Shown here: positions 20,061 through 30,685 of the stretch, piece by piece
How the letters are laid out: the number at the start of each line of letters is the position of its first letter
Numbering within the stretch: position 1 is the stretch's first letter
Origin: Polyangiaceae bacterium
Lineage (GTDB): Bacteria > Myxococcota_A > Polyangia > Polyangiales > Polyangiaceae
Assembly (NCBI GenBank): GCA_044376115.1
Contig: JBILLK010000003.1
Coordinates: forward strand, 1-64,000
DNA length: 64,000 bases
Direction: 5' to 3'
Notes under the pieces: model-generated
Database searches by the model: none
What the model was told of the DNA's origin: nothing
What the model saw: the letters and a program-made list of their open reading frames with translations, nothing else
Program-made: the position numbers and the translations under genes

Positions 20061-20256
20061 ACAGAACCGAAGGGGATGCAGTGAAGGCCGAAGGCCCCTT
20101 TGAACCTTCGACCTGGCACGAACGAGTCATTCCACCCGGCTCAGCCATTGAACTGAGCAGACGTGCTCTCGGCTACGCGAAAGGCGAGCTGGGGAGACGA
20201 TGTGCGGCTTCCGCGTATCACGGCCGCCCAGGCCAGCCTATGGTCGGGGTACGGAG

Positions 20257-21507
20257 ATGGCCATGAACACGACTGCAACGCGCTTGTTAACGGCTTTCGG
20301 GACAGTCGCCCTGGTGGCGTGTCAATCACAGGAGCCAACAGCGCAAGAGCCCGCTCCCGCGCCAAGCGCCGCGGTTCCCGCTTCCGGCGAGCCACTCGCC
20401 AGTGTCGCAGCGAGTGCAAGTGAGAGCGCCGCAGCTCCCGTCGTGTCGGCGGTCGTCAGCGCCTCATCGAGCGCGAATCCGGACCCGCAGGCTGCACGCA
20501 AGGCAGCTCTGCGTGAGGCGGCTGAGTTTGGCATGATCGGCCTCCCACAGAGTATTGCTGGGGACCCCAACGCACCGAAGGCGCCTTGGGGACGGGAAGA
20601 CTCGCCTGGCGGTGCGATGTCCGCCCGCGGCAACATGTGGGGTGACCCAATCGGTGATAACTATGGGGCCGGTGGCTTGGGGGTTCGAGGAATCGGACCG
20701 GGCGGAGGCGGACGCGGAGAGGGCATCGGCTTGGGTAACCCGGACTCAATCTCTGGTCGTGCGGGCAGCGCGCGGCCGAAGGGTCCTACTGTTCGCATGG
20801 GCGCTACGACGGTAAACGGCCGGCTCCCTCCCGAAGTGATTCAGCGCATCGTGCGTCAGCATTTCGGCCGCTTTCGGCTCTGCTACGAGAAGGCTCTTAG
20901 CGCAAACCCAACGCTCGCAGGAAAGGTCACCACCTCCTTCACCATTCGTACGGACGGCAGCACCGAGGGCGTCTCCACCAACTCGGACCTCGCCGACAAA
21001 GACTTCGCCACCTGCATCGGAAAGGTGTTCGCCATCCTTTCCTATCCACAACCTGAAGGCGGCGTCGTGAAGGTGAGCTACCCGATCTCGTTCAGCCCCG
21101 GTGACGCCAAGGTTGAAGGCACGACCAAGACCGAGCCGTCCAAGACCGAGCCGTCCAAGGCCGAGCCGTCCAAGGCCGAGCCGACCATCGCCGGCAAGCC
21201 GCTCGCTGAAGTAACCGTGCTCGAGGTCGAGAAGGCGCTGCGAGACGCCGGTTTTACCGAGGTATCGAGCCGCGTGCCCAGCGGCGGTGAGGCTGTGGTG
21301 TTCACCGCGAAGAAAGGCACGCGCACCTTCACCTTGACCTTCGTCAGCAAGAAGGCTGGTAAAGACGCGCTCTCCGCCGAGGAACGTAAACGCCTGTTGA
21401 GCGCGGCCAAGGTTTATACCGATTTCGGCATCTTCCTCGCGGTCGAGAGCGATGACGCCGCCGAGTCCCAAGCCTTGCTCGACCTGTTGATCAAGCCGGT
21501 TCGCTGA
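20257..21507 (+). CDS. AgmX/PglI C-terminal domain (TonB-like) lipoprotein
   Basis: GGAG-ATG at 20257; lipobox LVAC; Gly-rich GLG.G.GGGG.G; GRLPPEVIQRIVRQHFGRFRLCYE...GKV...FTI...C...YPQPEGGVVKVSYP. Confidence 0.85.
   Translation: MAMNTTATRLLTAFGTVALVACQSQEPTAQEPAPAPSAAVPASGEPLASVAASASESAAAPVVSAVVSASSSANPDPQAARKAALREAAEFGMIGLPQSIAGDPNAPKAPWGREDSPGGAMSARGNMWGDPIGDNYGAGGLGVRGIGPGGGGRGEGIGLGNPDSISGRAGSARPKGPTVRMGATTVNGRLPPEVIQRIVRQHFGRFRLCYEKALSANPTLAGKVTTSFTIRTDGSTEGVSTNSDLADKDFATCIGKVFAILSYPQPEGGVVKVSYPISFSPGDAKVEGTTKTEPSKTEPSKAEPSKAEPTIAGKPLAEVTVLEVEKALRDAGFTEVSSRVPSGGEAVVFTAKKGTRTFTLTFVSKKAGKDALSAEERKRLLSAAKVYTDFGIFLAVESDDAAESQALLDLLIKPVR
21127..21186 (+). repeat. Four 15-bp tandem coding repeats (KTEPS/KAEPS)
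   Basis: aagaccgagccgtcc x2, aaggccgagccgtcc, aaggccgagccgacc. Confidence 0.9.
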
Positions 21508-21508
21508 G

Positions 21509-21577
21509 GAATGACTCGTGCCAAGTCCAAGGGCAAGGGGCCTTCGGCCCTTTTTTCGAAGAGGGCACGAGTCATTC
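21509..21577. repeat. 69-bp element bounded by a perfect 14-bp inverted repeat
   Basis: GAATGACTCGTGCC (21509-21522) and GGCACGAGTCATTC (21564-21577). Confidence 0.85.
21535..21556 (+). terminator. Intrinsic terminator
   Basis: AAGGGGCC-TTC-GGCCC-TTTTTT hairpin plus U-tract, about 28 nt after the stop at 21507. Confidence 0.7.
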
Positions 21578-21727
21578 TTGTTGCTGCATCAACCTTCGGT
21601 TGAATCGCGCTCTGCGAAAAAAGTTTGGCGACCGGCGCGACAAGCGCGCGCCACCTCCGTCCGAACGGGAGAACAGGGAGGACGACCCACGGCGGGTCGC
21701 CCCCACGGACTCTCTTGGAGGTTTCGG

Positions 21728-22216
21728 ATGGATTCGCGATTTGTGGCGCTCGGCGCTTTCCTGGCTCTCTCGACGACCGGTTGCTTCATGTTCGGTGCTG
21801 GCATGGGCGCAAGCACCCCCATGCCCGACGCAGAGGTCGCAGCCGTGACGACCTGCAAGACAGGCGATCTCACCGCCATCAAGAAGAACCTGATGCTCGC
21901 TGGCTACTCGATCGACAACATCGATGAGGAGACGCTCGAGACCGGCTTCAAGCAGACCTCCGCCGCTTACGGCGGCGGCAAAGAGTTCGTCAAGATCATC
22001 GCCGTCAAAGTCGATGACGAGACGACCAAGTTCAAAGTCCGCGTGCGTACGCAATCGCTCGACAAGATGGAGACCGGCGAAGTGAAGGACTCGATGGGCC
22101 GCACCATCGCCACTGACTCCACCGTGGTCGAAAACAAGAACGAGAGCGACCAGGCCTACTACGTCGAAGCAAAGGACCAATACACAGCGACGCACAAGGA
22201 GGTCTGTGGCGGCTAA
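21728..22216 (+). CDS. Hypothetical lipoprotein
   Basis: GGAGG RBS, ATG at 21728, lipobox TTGC, GC3-rich codons. Confidence 0.8.
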   Translation: MDSRFVALGAFLALSTTGCFMFGAGMGASTPMPDAEVAAVTTCKTGDLTAIKKNLMLAGYSIDNIDEETLETGFKQTSAAYGGGKEFVKIIAVKVDDETTKFKVRVRTQSLDKMETGEVKDSMGRTIATDSTVVENKNESDQAYYVEAKDQYTATHKEVCGG

Positions 22217-22284
22217 CGCTTTGGCTTGCGCTACGTGGCTGCGTAGCCCGCCCTGGCCGAGCATGGTAGACGACGTGCGCAGGC

Positions 22285-23146
22285 ATGGCGTCTACCGATT
22301 CGCTGATAGAGGCTTTCGAAGAGGGCGCTTGCGGCCGCGGGTCGCAGGCGCCGCAACTCGCTGAGCGCATTCAAGCCGCCATCGCAGCCGCAAGAAGCTC
22401 CTTCCCGGAGCTTTCGGTGCCCGACGTCGCGATCGCGCGTCACCTCGGACGTCATATTCGCGAGGAGGCTGATTGGAGCCGTCTGCGCCCGGGTGAGTTC
22501 TGCCTCGCGCTCGCGTGCGGGCTTGGAGAACCCGCGGCGCTGCAACGCTTCGAGGCGCTCTTCGCAACGACGCTGGCGGCCGCTGAACGGCGCTTCCAGC
22601 GCGCGGCCGTCCCGACCGAGGAGCTCGCGCAGATCCTCCGTGAACGGCTATTCGTTTGTGGTGGTTCGCCCAAAATCCTCGAGTACTCGGGGCAAGGCTT
22701 CCTCGAGAATTGGCTGCGCGTAACCGCCGTTCGCACCTTCACCGACGCGGTCCGCTCGGGGCCCAAGCGTGAAGTCCCACTGCCCGAGAGCTTGCTCGAA
22801 GTGGAGAGCGGTGAGGACGCTGAACTTAGTTATTTAAAAACGCACTATCGCGAGCAGCTCAAGCAGGCCTTCGAGGCCGCCGTTGGCTCGCTGGAGGGCG
22901 GCGCGCGCAACCTCCTGCGGCAGAGCGTGGTGCAACGGCTGACGGTCGACCAAATCGGCGCGCTCTACGGCGTGCACCGTGCAACTGCGGCGCGGCGCGT
23001 GGAAAAGGCCCGCGCGGATCTTCTTGCTGCAACGCGAACGCATTTGATGGAGCAACTTCACGTGGAAGAGAACGAACTCGACAGCATCATGAACCTCCTG
23101 CGCAGTCGCATGGATCTAAGCGTCGGTCGTGTGCTCGCCGGCTCCG

Positions 23147-23154
<8 letters not shown>
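22285..23154 (+). CDS. ECF-type sigma-70 factor of the myxobacterial kinase-associated group
   Basis: LALAC..G...[20 protein letters not shown], region-4 [24 protein letters not shown]; overlaps a kinase gene. Confidence 0.85.
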
Positions 23155-25069
<1,915 letters not shown>

Positions 25070-25078
25070 GCCCGGCCC

Positions 25079-26236
25079 CTAACTCTGCCCCAGAAAGCGC
25101 GCTTGTTCGGCTTTGCGCGGGCCGCGTTCACGCCAGGCAAAGCGCGACAAGAAGCGGTTGGCGCTGCCCATGATCAGGTCGGCGGTCATGGCTCCCAAGC
25201 TAGGGCCAAACTTGAAGGCGTGACCACTGCCGCCGGTGGCGATGAATAGCCCGTTATGCCGGGGATGCCGGTCAATGATGAAGTCCCCGTCGAAGGTATC
25301 GCTATAGAGGCATAGCCGGGTACGAACCACCTTGGCGTTTGCGAGCTGCGGCATTTTGCGGGCGAGGAACTCGCGAAAGAGCGGTTCTTGGTCCAGCGCG
25401 TCGGGTCGATGGAACAGCGTTGGGTCCACCGTGCGCCCGGCGCCGTGATTGGCGATCTTGAGCACCGCGGCCTGTAGCGGAAAGCCATACCAACCGGCCC
25501 GGCCGATATCGGCGGCCCACGGCGGAAAGACGCTGGCTTGATGCGCCGCGGGCGTCTCCACCTCAAAGTGAAACACAGGCTGCCCCACCGCCTGCAACCG
25601 ATCCCCGAGCTCCGGCAACACCGCCGCTGAGGACGCGCCGCAAGCGATCACGATGGCATCGGCGCGCAGCAGCTCCCCGCTCGCCAGCCGCAGCGCCGGG
25701 CCTTGCGTGAGCTCGAGCTGCGCCAGCGTGTTCTCGCGCAGCGTCACCCCGAGCTCCTGCGCTTGCCGCGTGACGAAGCGCACGACCTCACCACTCTCGC
25801 CCCAACCACCTACGGGATTGAAGTAGCCCTCGGCAAAGTTCGCCCGCTCCCAAGCGGGATAACGCTTGCTTAGCTCCGCACCGCTGAGCCGCTCCAAGGC
25901 GTAGCCCCTACGCGATAAAAGGTCGTAACTGTCGGCCTCGAAGCTGCCGGGCAAAAACGGCACGCTCGAGGCGAACAAGAGCCCGGTCTCGTGAAAGAGC
26001 GCACGCCCGGCTTGTTCATTGAGCGCCCGCCAGCGAGGCAGGGAGTCCTCGAATAGCTCGGTATAAAACGCGTCTACGCCGTAGTCCCCGCGGATCAATT
26101 TGCTCAGATCGGTGGAGGCCGCATCCGGGTGAGGCACGGCGCCTTGCTCGAGGACCGTGACGCGCGCACCGCGCTTCCGAAGCTCGAGGGCGGTGGTCGC
26201 GCCCACAATCCCAGCTCCCAGAATCAGAACGTCCAT
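25079..26236 (-). CDS. FAD-dependent oxidoreductase (sarcosine/fructosyl-amine oxidase-like)
   Basis: GAGIVG Rossmann motif, ASTDLSKLIR, CLYSDTFDGDFIID, GGSGHAFKF. Confidence 0.9.
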   Translation of the reverse strand: MDVLILGAGIVGATTALELRKRGARVTVLEQGAVPHPDAASTDLSKLIRGDYGVDAFYTELFEDSLPRWRALNEQAGRALFHETGLLFASSVPFLPGSFEADSYDLLSRRGYALERLSGAELSKRYPAWERANFAEGYFNPVGGWGESGEVVRFVTRQAQELGVTLRENTLAQLELTQGPALRLASGELLRADAIVIACGASSAAVLPELGDRLQAVGQPVFHFEVETPAAHQASVFPPWAADIGRAGWYGFPLQAAVLKIANHGAGRTVDPTLFHRPDALDQEPLFREFLARKMPQLANAKVVRTRLCLYSDTFDGDFIIDRHPRHNGLFIATGGSGHAFKFGPSLGAMTADLIMGSANRFLSRFAWRERGPRKAEQARFLGQS

Positions 26237-26315
26237 CCCCCTTCGCTACCACACGCGCAGCTCCAGCTCCCACCATGAACTCGCTTTCTCCCCGGAGGCA
26301 GGCGACAATCGCGCC

Positions 26316-26765
26316 ATGCAGAACGGTGCCGCCTTCGAGGAGGACTTTCGCTCCAACTTTGACAAACTTTCGCCGCGCATCGTGCGGCAATGGAGCACCG
26401 TGGACCCAGCCTTGCTCGCCGCGGCCAAGGGGGATTGGAAGGCCGTGTTGGAGCTCGTCGTCGCCGCCACAGACCGCGCGCCGGCCGAGATCGAAGCGAA
26501 GTTGCGCGCCTTGCTAACCAGCGACGAAGAAGAGCCGGGCAGCCTCGCAGACCGTTTTGGCAAAGCCAGTAAACAGATGGACGAGGTGATCTCCACGGTG
26601 AAGCGCTTTGAGGCCTTTGCCGCTGAAGAGGCCAAGCGCATGAAGGGTAACGTGTTGCCCGCAGCTGAAACCAAGATCCGAGCGAACTTGTGGACCAGCC
26701 TGCTGATCGCGCTCGGGCTCGGTTTTGTGTTGGGCCTTTGGCTGCGTGGCGGCAGCCGGCGATGA
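26316..26765 (+). CDS. CsbD-like/DUF883 (ElaB)-like tail-anchored protein
   Basis: ATG at 26316; C-terminal IRANLWTSLLIALGLGFVLGLWLR anchor. Confidence 0.6.
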   Translation: MQNGAAFEEDFRSNFDKLSPRIVRQWSTVDPALLAAAKGDWKAVLELVVAATDRAPAEIEAKLRALLTSDEEEPGSLADRFGKASKQMDEVISTVKRFEAFAAEEAKRMKGNVLPAAETKIRANLWTSLLIALGLGFVLGLWLRGGSRR

Positions 26766-27136
26766 GCGCTACCAGCGAGGAAAGCGGCCTTTCGCTGCGT
26801 TTGCTGCGCGCGCTCGAGACCTTGGCGCGCGCTCACGCCGAACACGCAAAAAAAGAGGCCGAGCGTGATCTCTCGCGCATCATCTCCGGAGCGATCTTGC
26901 TCGCCATCGCGCTGCTCCTCGCCGGCGCGGCCTTTGTTGTGTTGCAGCTGGGAGCTGTATTCGCGCTGCATGAGTTCGCGCGTTTGGCTTGGACTTACGC
27001 CGCATTGATCGTCGCGGGTGCCAACACAAGCATCGCTCTCATCGTCTTCCTCCTCGGCCGCGCCCGCGTATCCCGACCGGTCATGACCGAGACGCGCCGC
27101 ACCTTGAAGCAGGCGATGGTGGTCCTGCGCGGTTAG
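26762..27136 (+). CDS. YqjE/holin-like two-TM membrane protein
   Basis: ATGA overlap; amphipathic N-terminus, two TM helices, P...TRRTLK tail; usual neighbour of DUF883 genes. Confidence 0.65.
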   Translation: MSATSEESGLSLRLLRALETLARAHAEHAKKEAERDLSRIISGAILLAIALLLAGAAFVVLQLGAVFALHEFARLAWTYAALIVAGANTSIALIVFLLGRARVSRPVMTETRRTLKQAMVVLRG

Positions 27137-28266
27137 ACCGTTAAGGCCTGCAGCAGGTCCTCATAAAGATCCTCGACGTCCTCGAGCCCGATTGAAAGGC
27201 GTACCAAATCTCGTGGCACGCGGCTCGCTGGACCTTCCACGGTGGCGCGATGTTCGGCCAGGCTCTCGGTCGCGCCGAGCGAGGTAGCCCGGACGAAGAC
27301 GCGCAGCTTGCTGCAAAACGCGAGCGCCGCGGCCTCTCCACCGGCGAAGCGCAGGCTCATCATCCCGGAGAAGCCGCCATCCATTTGTGAGCGCGCCAAC
27401 GCGTGACCCGGGTGCGAAGCCAGGCCCGGGTAGAGCACCGCGTGCAGCGCTGGATGCGGCTCGAGCCGCGTTGCTAGCTCGAGCGCCGTCTGCGAACAGC
27501 GCCGCACACGGACCTCCAAGGTCTTCAGCCCGCGCAACAAGAGCCAGGCCTCCACATTACCGAGCACCGCTCCAGCGTCATGCCGGTGGGTGCAGATCCG
27601 CTGCCAACGCTCATCCAGCTGGGCGGTGATCAGCGCGCCGGCGAGCACATCGGAGTGGCCGTTCAAGTACTTGGTCGCCGAATGCAATACGAGGTCCGCC
27701 CCCAGCTCGATCGGTCGGGTCAGCACCGGCGTGGGTACTGTGGAATCAACGCACACCGCGGCGCCGGCGCTCTTGGCTAGCCGCACCACCTCTCGCAGAT
27801 CGGTCACTTCCCAGCATGGGTTGGCCGGCGTCTCCACCCAAACCAACTTGGTTTGGCCGGGCTTCAGCGCCGCCGCGAGTTGGCTGCTATCGGTGAAGTC
27901 CACGAGCGATAGTGCGATACCCCAGTCTGCGGCAAACTGCATCGCGAGCTTGCGGAATCCCCAGTAGCAGGCTTGCGGGATAATGAGATGGTCGCCCGGG
28001 CGCAGGCTCATCAGCACAGCGTGCGCGGCTGCCAAACCGGACGAAAAGACGAGCGCTGCCACCCCGCGATCGAGCTTGCTGAGCAGCGCCTCGAGCGGTG
28101 GGTACATCGGTGAGCCGTCGCGGCCGTAGTCCACCCCGCTCAACAAACGTTGCTCGCCATCCCGCGCGAAGGTGGTGGACATGGCAATGGGCGGGACCAC
28201 GTGGCCGCTGCTATCGGCCATTGAGCCTGCGCGTGCAACCAGGGTGGAGAGCTTCTCAGACTTCAT
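27133..28266 (-). CDS. metB: Cystathionine gamma-synthase/lyase family PLP enzyme
   Basis: VPPI..STTF, YGR, FSSG, WVETPANP, HSATKYLNGHSD, SLG..ESL, RLSIGLE. Exact specificity (MetB/MetC/MGL) uncertain. Confidence 0.8.
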   Translation of the reverse strand: MKSEKLSTLVARAGSMADSSGHVVPPIAMSTTFARDGEQRLLSGVDYGRDGSPMYPPLEALLSKLDRGVAALVFSSGLAAAHAVLMSLRPGDHLIIPQACYWGFRKLAMQFAADWGIALSLVDFTDSSQLAAALKPGQTKLVWVETPANPCWEVTDLREVVRLAKSAGAAVCVDSTVPTPVLTRPIELGADLVLHSATKYLNGHSDVLAGALITAQLDERWQRICTHRHDAGAVLGNVEAWLLLRGLKTLEVRVRRCSQTALELATRLEPHPALHAVLYPGLASHPGHALARSQMDGGFSGMMSLRFAGGEAAALAFCSKLRVFVRATSLGATESLAEHRATVEGPASRVPRDLVRLSIGLEDVEDLYEDLLQALTV

Positions 28267-30203
28267 GATGCGGCTTTCGGCTCGGGGTGGGTTTTAATCG
28301 CTTTGAGTCGTTGCAAGAGCTCCGCGCGCAACGCGGGCTTGAAGGCCGGGTGACCGCGCTCGGCGTGCCACTCAGGCTCCAGATCGGAGTAGCCGTAGGC
28401 CTTGAAAACGGCTTGGTCGAGCGCGACCAGCTGGTCTCGCAGCGCGCTCAATTGCGCATCGAGCGGCGGCTCACAAACCTTGCGCATCAACGCCGAGAGG
28501 CCGATGCGCCGCTCGCTCAATATAGCATTACGCGCCTGCTCCAGTGCCAGGCCCTGGGCTGCCAACTCGGCGTCCGCCTCGAGCGCCGGGAAGCTACCGA
28601 GCGGCGGCGGCAAGGTCTCAAACACGTCGGAGGGCGTATAACGCAGCCCGTCCCCCAAGGTGGAGCTGTGCAAGCGAGCCCACTCAGCGTGCAAGCGACT
28701 GTTGAGCCAAGCGAACACGGCGAAGGATGCGCTCGCCACGACGACCAGCTGGTCCGAATACACATAGCGGTTGGGCAAACGCACGGCGACGACCTGGCTC
28801 GAGACGCGAGGCATCACCAATACGTGCTCTAGCCCTTCAATCGCTCGCCGGAGGTTGGGCCGATGATTGGCGAAGCGCCACCATGAGAGCCGATGCGCTC
28901 GGTCCGCGGGCGTCGCCTGCAGGCCGTCACGGAAGGGCTTCACCCGATTGCGCAGTAGCTCCACGAGCTCCGGATCTGCCTCGGCCTGCTCCAGCGTATC
29001 CCCGCTAAAATCGATCACATGGCGGTGCGCGGCGAAGCTCGGGCTCTTGACCACCTCCTCGCCACCGAGGAACGGTTTGATGCGCCGGGCGCTCTCCGGC
29101 CGCTGCGAGATCGTCGCACGCAGCTGCGAGGGGAGCTGGCCCTTCACGTCATCGAAGACAAAGCCTTTGCCGCGTAAGAAGCAGCCAATAAAGGCGCGCT
29201 GTTGCATGGTGGCGTGCAGCGGCGGTCGCTCATGCGCATGGCTTGATAGGAAGGTATCAATCGAGGCCACGGTTTGCCCGTCGAGCTGAGCCGGCAGCGC
29301 GCAGGCTCCGCGCGTCACCCACAATAGGCTGGTAACCACCCCAGCCTCGCCGGGCCAGGGCACGCGTGTCTCGGCTCGGGCAATCGTCGCGCCTCGCTCA
29401 ATCAAAGCCTGCAGGCCGCCCTCCCGCGTATCCCCCTGCGCAATCGTATTGGTGGTTACCGCGGCTAGCACGCCGCCATCGCGCAATACTTCATAGCCGC
29501 GCCGTAAAAAATGTGCCGCTAAGTCGGTATTGCCGTTGGTGCCTGGCGTCGCGCGTTGCAGCGCTGCTGCGTACTGTTCGCCGTGCACCGTGCGCAGCCT
29601 TTTGCCGCCAAGAAACGGCGGATTCATCACCACCAGGTCAAAGCTCCTGGGCGTCTCGATTCGGTGGAATAGCGCAGACCAGCGCGTCGCCACGAGCTCG
29701 GCCTGGGCGCCCTTACTCAGCATCGCGTCGGCTTGAACGAGCTGACCGTCGAAGCTCTCCTTTGCTAACTGGGCGTCCCCCACGGCGAGCCACAAGGCGC
29801 GCCGCGCGAGCAATACAGCCGCCTCATCAAGCTCAATACCGTAAAGCCGCCGTGCAAACTCCCGCCGCGCGCGCGCCGAGGTTCCACCACAAAGTCGCAA
29901 AGCCGCGCGCAGAAATGCGCCGCCGCCCATCGCCGGGTCGAGCACGCTGGGCGCGCTTGCTGGTTGCAGAAGCTCCAGCGCCGGCTCGAGCAAACGCTGC
30001 GCGATCGAAAGCGGCGTATAGTGCACACCGCCTTTGCGACGTCGCTCCTTTGAAAGCGAGCCTTGGTACGCCAGTGTCAGCGCCTCATCGCGAGGGGCGG
30101 CCGCGACTTCAGCGCGCAGCCGCTCCGAGGTTTGAGCCGGCAATAGGCGCAGCGCTCGCTCGCGATCGTCGGCCATCAGCGCCTCTGCCATGGCCTCGAT
30201 CAT
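28263..30203 (-). CDS. Amino-type DNA methyltransferase with type IIG/MmeI-like target-recognition domain, no nuclease domain
   Basis: GVHYTP, motif I VLDPAMGGGAFL, YGIELD, motif IV NPPF, TNTIAQGDTR, WWRF..., SSTL...LRYTPSDVFET. Start uncertain (30203 or 30191). Confidence 0.88.
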   Translation of the reverse strand: MIEAMAEALMADDRERALRLLPAQTSERLRAEVAAAPRDEALTLAYQGSLSKERRRKGGVHYTPLSIAQRLLEPALELLQPASAPSVLDPAMGGGAFLRAALRLCGGTSARARREFARRLYGIELDEAAVLLARRALWLAVGDAQLAKESFDGQLVQADAMLSKGAQAELVATRWSALFHRIETPRSFDLVVMNPPFLGGKRLRTVHGEQYAAALQRATPGTNGNTDLAAHFLRRGYEVLRDGGVLAAVTTNTIAQGDTREGGLQALIERGATIARAETRVPWPGEAGVVTSLLWVTRGACALPAQLDGQTVASIDTFLSSHAHERPPLHATMQQRAFIGCFLRGKGFVFDDVKGQLPSQLRATISQRPESARRIKPFLGGEEVVKSPSFAAHRHVIDFSGDTLEQAEADPELVELLRNRVKPFRDGLQATPADRAHRLSWWRFANHRPNLRRAIEGLEHVLVMPRVSSQVVAVRLPNRYVYSDQLVVVASASFAVFAWLNSRLHAEWARLHSSTLGDGLRYTPSDVFETLPPPLGSFPALEADAELAAQGLALEQARNAILSERRIGLSALMRKVCEPPLDAQLSALRDQLVALDQAVFKAYGYSDLEPEWHAERGHPAFKPALRAELLQRLKAIKTHPEPKAAS

Positions 30204-30333
30204 GATGATTGCTGGATCAACCTTCGGTTGAACGGCCGTCCGGGCGTCGAGCACGCGGCATCCTACACCAGACCTTGCAAGCTCCTCACATGACCGTCTT
30301 CGCCTTGTCATGCGCGGCCGGCACAGTGGCCGG

Positions 30334-30615
30334 GTGAAAAAGCTTACTGTCTCTGGTTGTCGCTTTTGTGGTGAAGGAAAGCTGTTCCGCGTGCGCCGCA
30401 GAAACCTCGACCACGGTCTTTCCTGGGTTGGGCTCTACCCCTACCGCTGTGACGTTTGCCAAAAACGAAGTTACCGCTTCCAGGAGCGCAGGCCGAGAGC
30501 CCAAGCGCCCATTGAAGCAAAGCCCCAATCCACCCCGAGCGGGATAACCGTGTTGGTCGACTTGCTCCAGCGCATGGCTACAGCCAATAGCAAAGAGCAA
30601 CGCAGGCCTGACTGA
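30334..30615 (+). CDS. Small basic zinc-ribbon protein
   Basis: CRFC...RVRRR...PYRCDVC, two CxxC pairs; GTG at 30334 (alternative ATG at 30310). Confidence 0.6.
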   Translation: MKKLTVSGCRFCGEGKLFRVRRRNLDHGLSWVGLYPYRCDVCQKRSYRFQERRPRAQAPIEAKPQSTPSGITVLVDLLQRMATANSKEQRRPD

Positions 30616-30685
30616 AGGAAGGCCACGCCGAACGAGCCCTCCGCCCACCGTTGAACCCTTTAGCAACCGCCTGTAGCGTCCTCAC

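Noticed and set aside
26762..27136. Holin-like gene plus HNH, RdgC and MTase as prophage evidence
   Set aside because: The genes are scattered among housekeeping genes with no integrase, terminase or structural genes; the DUF883/YqjE pair is a common chromosomal unit.
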